Assembly (NCBI GenBank): GCA_963924565.1
Contig: OZ004613.1
Location: 10,416,001-10,480,000 of the forward strand
Reading direction: 5' to 3'
DNA: 64,000 nt
Source of the DNA: Ascidiella aspersa
Lineage: Eukaryota
The notes beneath the pieces were generated by a model. It searched no databases, was not told where the DNA came from, and was given only the letters and a program-made list of their open reading frames with translations. Shown here piece after piece: positions 59,701-64,000 of the stretch. The stretch's first letter is position 1, and each line of letters begins with the position of its first letter. The translations under genes and the position numbers were made by a program.

Positions 59701-62700
59701 AAAATTAGAATCCAAACTGGGCTAAATTACAATAAAAACTACTTTCGATTAGTAGTTGTAGGCATAGTATGGATATCAAAGCCCCTACAGAAGTAGGTAT
59801 CATCTTGAACGTTTTGAATAGCTCTTTATTTCTCTTTTTTATACGTTTTGAATAACTCTGTGTTATTTATACACTTACCATCAGTGCCTTCTCTCTATGT
59901 TGAAATTGAATAAAGAGTTATCCGAAACGTTCAAGATGATACCTACTTCTGTAGCCTATGGGCTTGGATATTCTTACTACGTCTTACTACAACCTCCAAC
60001 CATTATGCTCCACAATTTGTAGTTATGGTACTGTAACTAAAACTGAATGAAATGCTTTTTTATAGCTAATTAACTTGTTTAGGGGTTCTTAAACTGGAGT
60101 CCGTATACTTCTTGGGGTTACATGCACTAGTTGGAGGGGCAATGAAGTTCTAGTTAAAAATCTTGATGAATAATTGAAAAAATGGAATAAGGTAAAACGA
60201 ACCAAGTTTAATTAAAAATCGCTGTGGCGCTTTCTTTTCAATGCATTTTGACGTAATTTCTTTTTTTCACTTTTTTGACCGAAAACAGTAGGGTTGTTAA
60301 GTCTGATGGCTGTATGGCGTCTATTTATCACGTCATCTTTAAACTTTTATATGCCGACCCGGGTTCACGCGAACCAAGAAATTTGTTTTGGGGTGTGCGC
60401 GATAAAAACAGTTCAAGGGCCCCTGCTATAGTTCTGCTGAAACGGCACAAACAAAACTTATTACGCTCCGTCGCAGACGCGAAAGAGGACGACCAGGATT
60501 GCTACTACGTAATGGACGGCAACTTCGGCACCCTACGCTCCTCGCACTGTCGCAACAACAAGGGTACAACTTGCGTCAGCTGGACTGACCAAGTCAAGGG
60601 ATTCTCACTGACGATATCTGATCCAGATCCGTGGTTAAGCCGCTTCGCTGGCGATTACCTGCCCATGATCAACCGAGTGCTAGGCAGTTCTCTTGTGTAT
60701 AAGAAGGCCGACGACCAGCTGTACTTTTACGAGACAACGGTCGACTTGTTCACTAGAGCCCGATGTAAGTAAGGATTTTTCGAACAACAGTTTATTGGCG
60801 AGTAAATATGGAATAGCGATGTCCGATATTATCTGATCTAAGCCGATAAGCGATTCTTAAGTTTTGACATCGGTAGTCGTCAGATAATCAGGTGGTATCT
60901 TGAAAATATTAGATTTTACATGCTTTAGTTTCATCAATTTGGTTGTTTTCTCGCAGTAATCAAGATTCTTTGGTATCGGGTGAAACGGCAGTACGTTCCA
61001 GTATTGAATTTGACTTGACTTGACTTTTTCAGTTTATTATTATTTTTTGTAGAAATCCTATGACTTAAAAATGAATTACATAACTACTGGACTTGAATTT
61101 GACCTGATATTTGTTACAAATTACTTGACTTAAGTCATTTTCTAAATCTGAGACAAAGAAATTATTTAAAAACAATTTGTTTACAACACTGGTAGGCCTA
61201 CGTTCGCCAAAATAAAGTGTATCGGTATCGTAATAAATTAAATATCGGAAATCACTTATGGCGAATTTTAATAAAATCGTCAAACTTTGAGTTGAATGTA
61301 TTTGGTACTAACATCAGAGACGTTCTGAAATCATGCGAAGCTTGCTGTTTGCTATGCTAACACGACAGGTGCTGTACGGACAGCAACCGTACGACGCAAT
61401 GTTTTTTCCGTAATACAGACTGAAAGTAGGCACGACAAATTTTAACCTCGAATTTGTTACATAGGTCTTGCGTTCAGAAGTTTAATTGAGGTGAATATCA
61501 CTATAGTTTGTTGTATACTTCTGCGCACCCTCGGTTTGTTTAATTGTGTCAGTTGGACATAATGAGAAGGGTTCCCTGGGACACTAAGATAAATCCAGTA
61601 GAACAAACGGGAGAGGGCAATGAATATTTTGGATTAACTAGCAAAGTTACAAAAACGCAGAAATCAATCCTGTAGTTTATTTGTCATTATCTGAATTTTA
61701 CTCTTCCAAATACTTTGCAAGTTGAATGACTCGTAAGTCACTTGTATATACTCTACTGCACAGTATACTGACAGCGATGTGGATTTTTAAAATGACCCTT
61801 TTATCAAAGTTACTGTCGCTATTTTCACAACAGCACGATTCGTTCGACGTTTTGTGATCGGAACTTCGCCGTTCGCTCGAAACAGGGTCGTCTGGTTGTC
61901 GGTTCATAGTGTTCGAAGGTTTCCCCATCTCATAATTGAGCCGTGGACGTACCACATCGGCAGCTTCAATCAAAGAAGGATTCTCGTCACCGTGCAGCCA
62001 ATAAACGGTAAGCGAAGCCGATTGTAACAAGAACCATTTGAGACATTTGTTGAATATGGGTAACCGTTTGTCCAGTGGTTCTCAAACGGGGTGCCGCGGC
62101 ACCCTGGGGTGATATTTCTAATGACCAAAGGTGCCGAGAGATATTTAATAATCTTCAAGAATCTGATTTTTTGATCAACTCTTACACTTTCTGTGTAAGA
62201 TTAGAGTGTAATACATCCAATTAAAACTTCCTACGTTGTGCTTAGAGTTGATGTGTGTTGTTCTAGTTCCGTGTATTGTGACATTCTGTAGTGATTCACC
62301 TACGGAAAATCTTGTAGGGTTGCCGCAATCTTCTTATTATTTTCCGATGGTTTAGTCCATTGTGCAATGGCTTCCAAACTCTAAAAAAGTTTTACCTAGC
62401 AAGCCCTTTACTATAGGTTTATATATTTTGAACGGTTCCTTTTGAATGAAATTAGCAAAATAGAAAAACTTATTGCATTAGTATCAAAGTAAAATAAAAA
62501 ACTAATAAAATAACTAGTGTAATAAGTTTGTTAATATGGGTTGTTTTGCTTCGCTTTATTCTACTTACCTATTTTCGTTTGAAACCACTGGTCTCTAGTG
62601 GTATTTGCGCAATGGTGAATCAAAGCATGTTTGTATTCACCCTCAGGGAATTTCCATAGACGATCAGAATATCGCCACAATCTTTAAAACATAGCCTACC

Positions 62701-62873
62701 CAAGGCTTTGGTGCGGTATATCACAAAATCCAATCTGTTTTGAGAAGCTTTCTCTATTACAATACAACTGTAATGCTGCAGCATATTAGGCACAATTGTA
62801 AGCCCTATATTTGTCGGCTAACTTTTGTTATATTTGTTTTCCAGGGCCAGCAAACCAACGCTATTATCTTTAG
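47690..62873 (+). CDS. Secreted mosaic protein: CTLD-X-TSP1-TSP1-CCP-CTLD-CCP-CTLD-X, 14 exons, 962 aa
   Basis: join(47690-47753,48021-48328,48801-49074,49843-50013,50789-50971,52003-52179,53125-53313,54109-54598,56277-56512,58187-58312,58837-59016,60477-60764,61834-62007,62845-62873) = 2889 nt, phases consistent. WLGL/WLGF CTLD cores, WxxWxxW..CSxTC TSP1, 4-Cys/W CCP; no TM segment seen. Confidence 0.85.
48021..48328 (+). CDS. Gene 3 exon 2 (CTLD1)
   Basis: CF...ARTAC...GASL...LWLGL...FYWENG. Confidence 0.92.
48801..49074 (+). CDS. Gene 3 exon 3 (CTLD1 end + module X1)
   Basis: CVYL...C...VC then ISDP...GSYEP...NGATVY...YLY. Confidence 0.9.
49843..50013 (+). CDS. Gene 3 exon 4 (module X1 end, Q6)
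   Basis: GFVIGGNP...WFGV...YPQDISETW...QQQQQQ. Confidence 0.85.
50789..50971 (+). CDS. Gene 3 exon 5 (TSP1)
   Basis: WGSWSSLGQCSATCG...RSC...C...ESCNLPAC. Confidence 0.93.
51659..51872. mobile_element. GAGTC-family MITE, internally deleted copy
   Basis: TSD GTATGTAG/CTATGTAG; reverse-orientation similarity to 45013-45416. Confidence 0.75.
52003..52179 (+). CDS. Gene 3 exon 6 (TSP1)
   Basis: WSNWYSWGSCSSSCGG...RNRVC...CIGPSSESRTC. Confidence 0.93.
53125..53313 (+). CDS. Gene 3 exon 7 (CCP/Sushi)
   Basis: C...FFSGQQIRITC...TCLTDGSWSPTNPC. Confidence 0.9.
54109..54598 (+). CDS. Gene 3 exon 8 (CTLD2)
   Basis: CPRGY...CF...ASRTC...MWLGF...WEDISC...FIC; donor TG|GTGAGT. Confidence 0.9.
54614..54972. 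mobile_element. GAGTC-family MITE copy
   Basis: Colinear with 45013-45416; TSD-like GTTGTAAC/GTTGTACG. Confidence 0.85.
55350..55492. mobile_element. Palindromic MITE family (ATATCAAAGCCCATACAGAAGTAGGTATCAT arms)
   Basis: Long hairpin; other copies ~1-115, 22740-22906, 37385-37480, 59770-60010. Confidence 0.82.
56277..56512 (+). CDS. Gene 3 exon 9 (CCP/Sushi)
   Basis: CFRP...YAEGERVLLTC...IQCQNGVWS. Confidence 0.88.
58187..58312 (+). CDS. Gene 3 exon 10 (CTLD3 start)
   Basis: CPVGS...FCYKAY...EAAQHC. Confidence 0.88.
58837..59016 (+). CDS. Gene 3 exon 11 (CTLD3)
   Basis: GMTLPI...FWLGL. Confidence 0.88.
59340..59690 (+). repeat. CA-rich low-complexity tract
   Basis: Degenerate (CA)n/ACAC-rich sequence. 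Confidence 0.7.
59770..60010. mobile_element. Palindromic MITE family copy
   Basis: AGAAGTAGGTATCATCTTGAACGTTT ... AAACGTTCAAGATGATACCTACTTCT. Confidence 0.82.
60477..60764 (+). CDS. Gene 3 exon 12 (CTLD3 end + module X2)
   Basis: CYYV...C...CV then ISDP...GDYLP...LVYKK...LYFY. Confidence 0.88.
61834..62007 (+). CDS. Gene 3 exon 13 (module X2 end)
   Basis: RFVIGTSP...WLSV...FPHLIIEPW; homologous to exon 4. Confidence 0.85.
62845..62873 (+). CDS. Gene 3 exon 14 (terminal)
   Basis: Strong acceptor ttgttttccag; GPANQRYYL*; AATAAA at ~62984 and ~63018. Confidence 0.65.
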
Positions 62874-64000
62874 GTTGCTCGATTTGGGAGGTAAAAAACA
62901 CACACAACAGGACCTGTAAACCAACAATATCGAAAGCGGAATCCTCTATAATACCATTGTAGTACGCCTATGACCGATGACGTAATAAAGCCAAACACGC
63001 AGTAACATCTTTGACGTAATAAAACCTGAACCTGTTGGAATAATTTCTAAATTCATTGGAAGAACTAAATCGCCTTTATTGCACCTAAAACCGTAGGGTG
63101 AGGGTAATGGACGATTGGGGTCACCAGTCTGATATTAGCCGTTTTGATATCAAAGTTTGGGCACCCTATATTTTGAATAGCACCGATAGAGCACCGCTGT
63201 TTTTTCACCGGACTGTTAGTGATAAAGTTAGGAGTTGAACACGTTAAATGCTTTTCAGAACTTATTCTGGCCGTTTGGGTCTTTTTTCGATTTAGATCTT
63301 ATTCCAACTGTTAGATAATAATCCTATTTCGGTCTTATTACGAATTGTATTTTATTCCGCCGTTTATGTTATTCTAATTTCGCTTTTCTTGCTGGAGTCC
63401 ACGTGAATAACCTACTAGTAATATATCGCAACATTGTTGTATAAAATTCTCTCATCTTTGTGCGTACAATCCAGCAATAATAAAATTCCACGCACCTATA
63501 ATTATGTAAACACCTCACAGAAAAGCAAGGATTGTCAAAGTTGCTAAATGACACAAGTTTGCAAAGCAAATATGTCAAAACAAATTAGAACATATAACTA
63601 CTACAGTTCTCTTTTATGGTATTTAGTTTGCGAATGCTTCCAAGAAACTTCAACAACCGGAGTGTTACCTACGGAAGAAAGAGCCTCTTTAAAATGTAAA
63701 ACAGAATTTTAGGTTTATTTTTAACCCTGAAAAGCCTTCAACATGTGCTTTAAAAACAAAAAATACGGAATAATTTATAGTCCTAAGTTTCTTTCATCGG
63801 TCATGGTTCAGCTTGCGAATTTTGTATACCATTGGGGGTGTCCAATACGTCATATTTTATTCCGATATCAAATGACGACATTCATGTTCTCCAAAAGCAG
63901 AATGGATGAAATTGAACCGTTAAAATTTTCAAGGGTATTAGGCCAACTATAGGGTAAATAAGTTCAGTTACCTCCACTTGTTAACCTACAATTTTTTAAT

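Noticed and set aside
61698-62030. 110-aa minus-strand ORF
   Set aside because: Antisense shadow of gene 3 exon 13.

Overview
Animal genomic DNA: AT-rich introns, GC-richer exons, many MITE-like repeats. It resembles a marine invertebrate, possibly a tunicate, but the species cannot be fixed from the sequence. Hand-splicing gives three complete multi-exon genes on the + strand, each with consistent intron phases. (1) RTK-A, 10779-27972, 18 exons, 899 aa, and (2) RTK-B, 31592-44723, 18 exons, 894 aa, are tandem receptor tyrosine kinase paralogs. Their architecture is signal peptide, FN3-like module with Cys-rich insert, FN3-like, EGF, EGF (Ca-binding-like), TM, FGFR/RET/Tie-like kinase. Both are non-RD kinases ([15 protein letters not shown]) with strongly diverged ectodomains. 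(3) A secreted 962-aa mosaic protein, 47690-62873, 14 exons: SP-CTLD-X-TSP1-TSP1-CCP-CTLD-CCP-CTLD-X, where X is a duplicated ~110-aa module I cannot assign to a named family. The cluster is a candidate recognition/innate-immune signalling locus (inference). Non-coding DNA carries hAT-type MITEs, foldback elements, a TIR-flanked element with a tRNA-like Pol III cassette, a perfect (AAGTTGAGTT)29 array and local tandem duplications. Most short ORFs in the supplied track are spurious or exon fragments.
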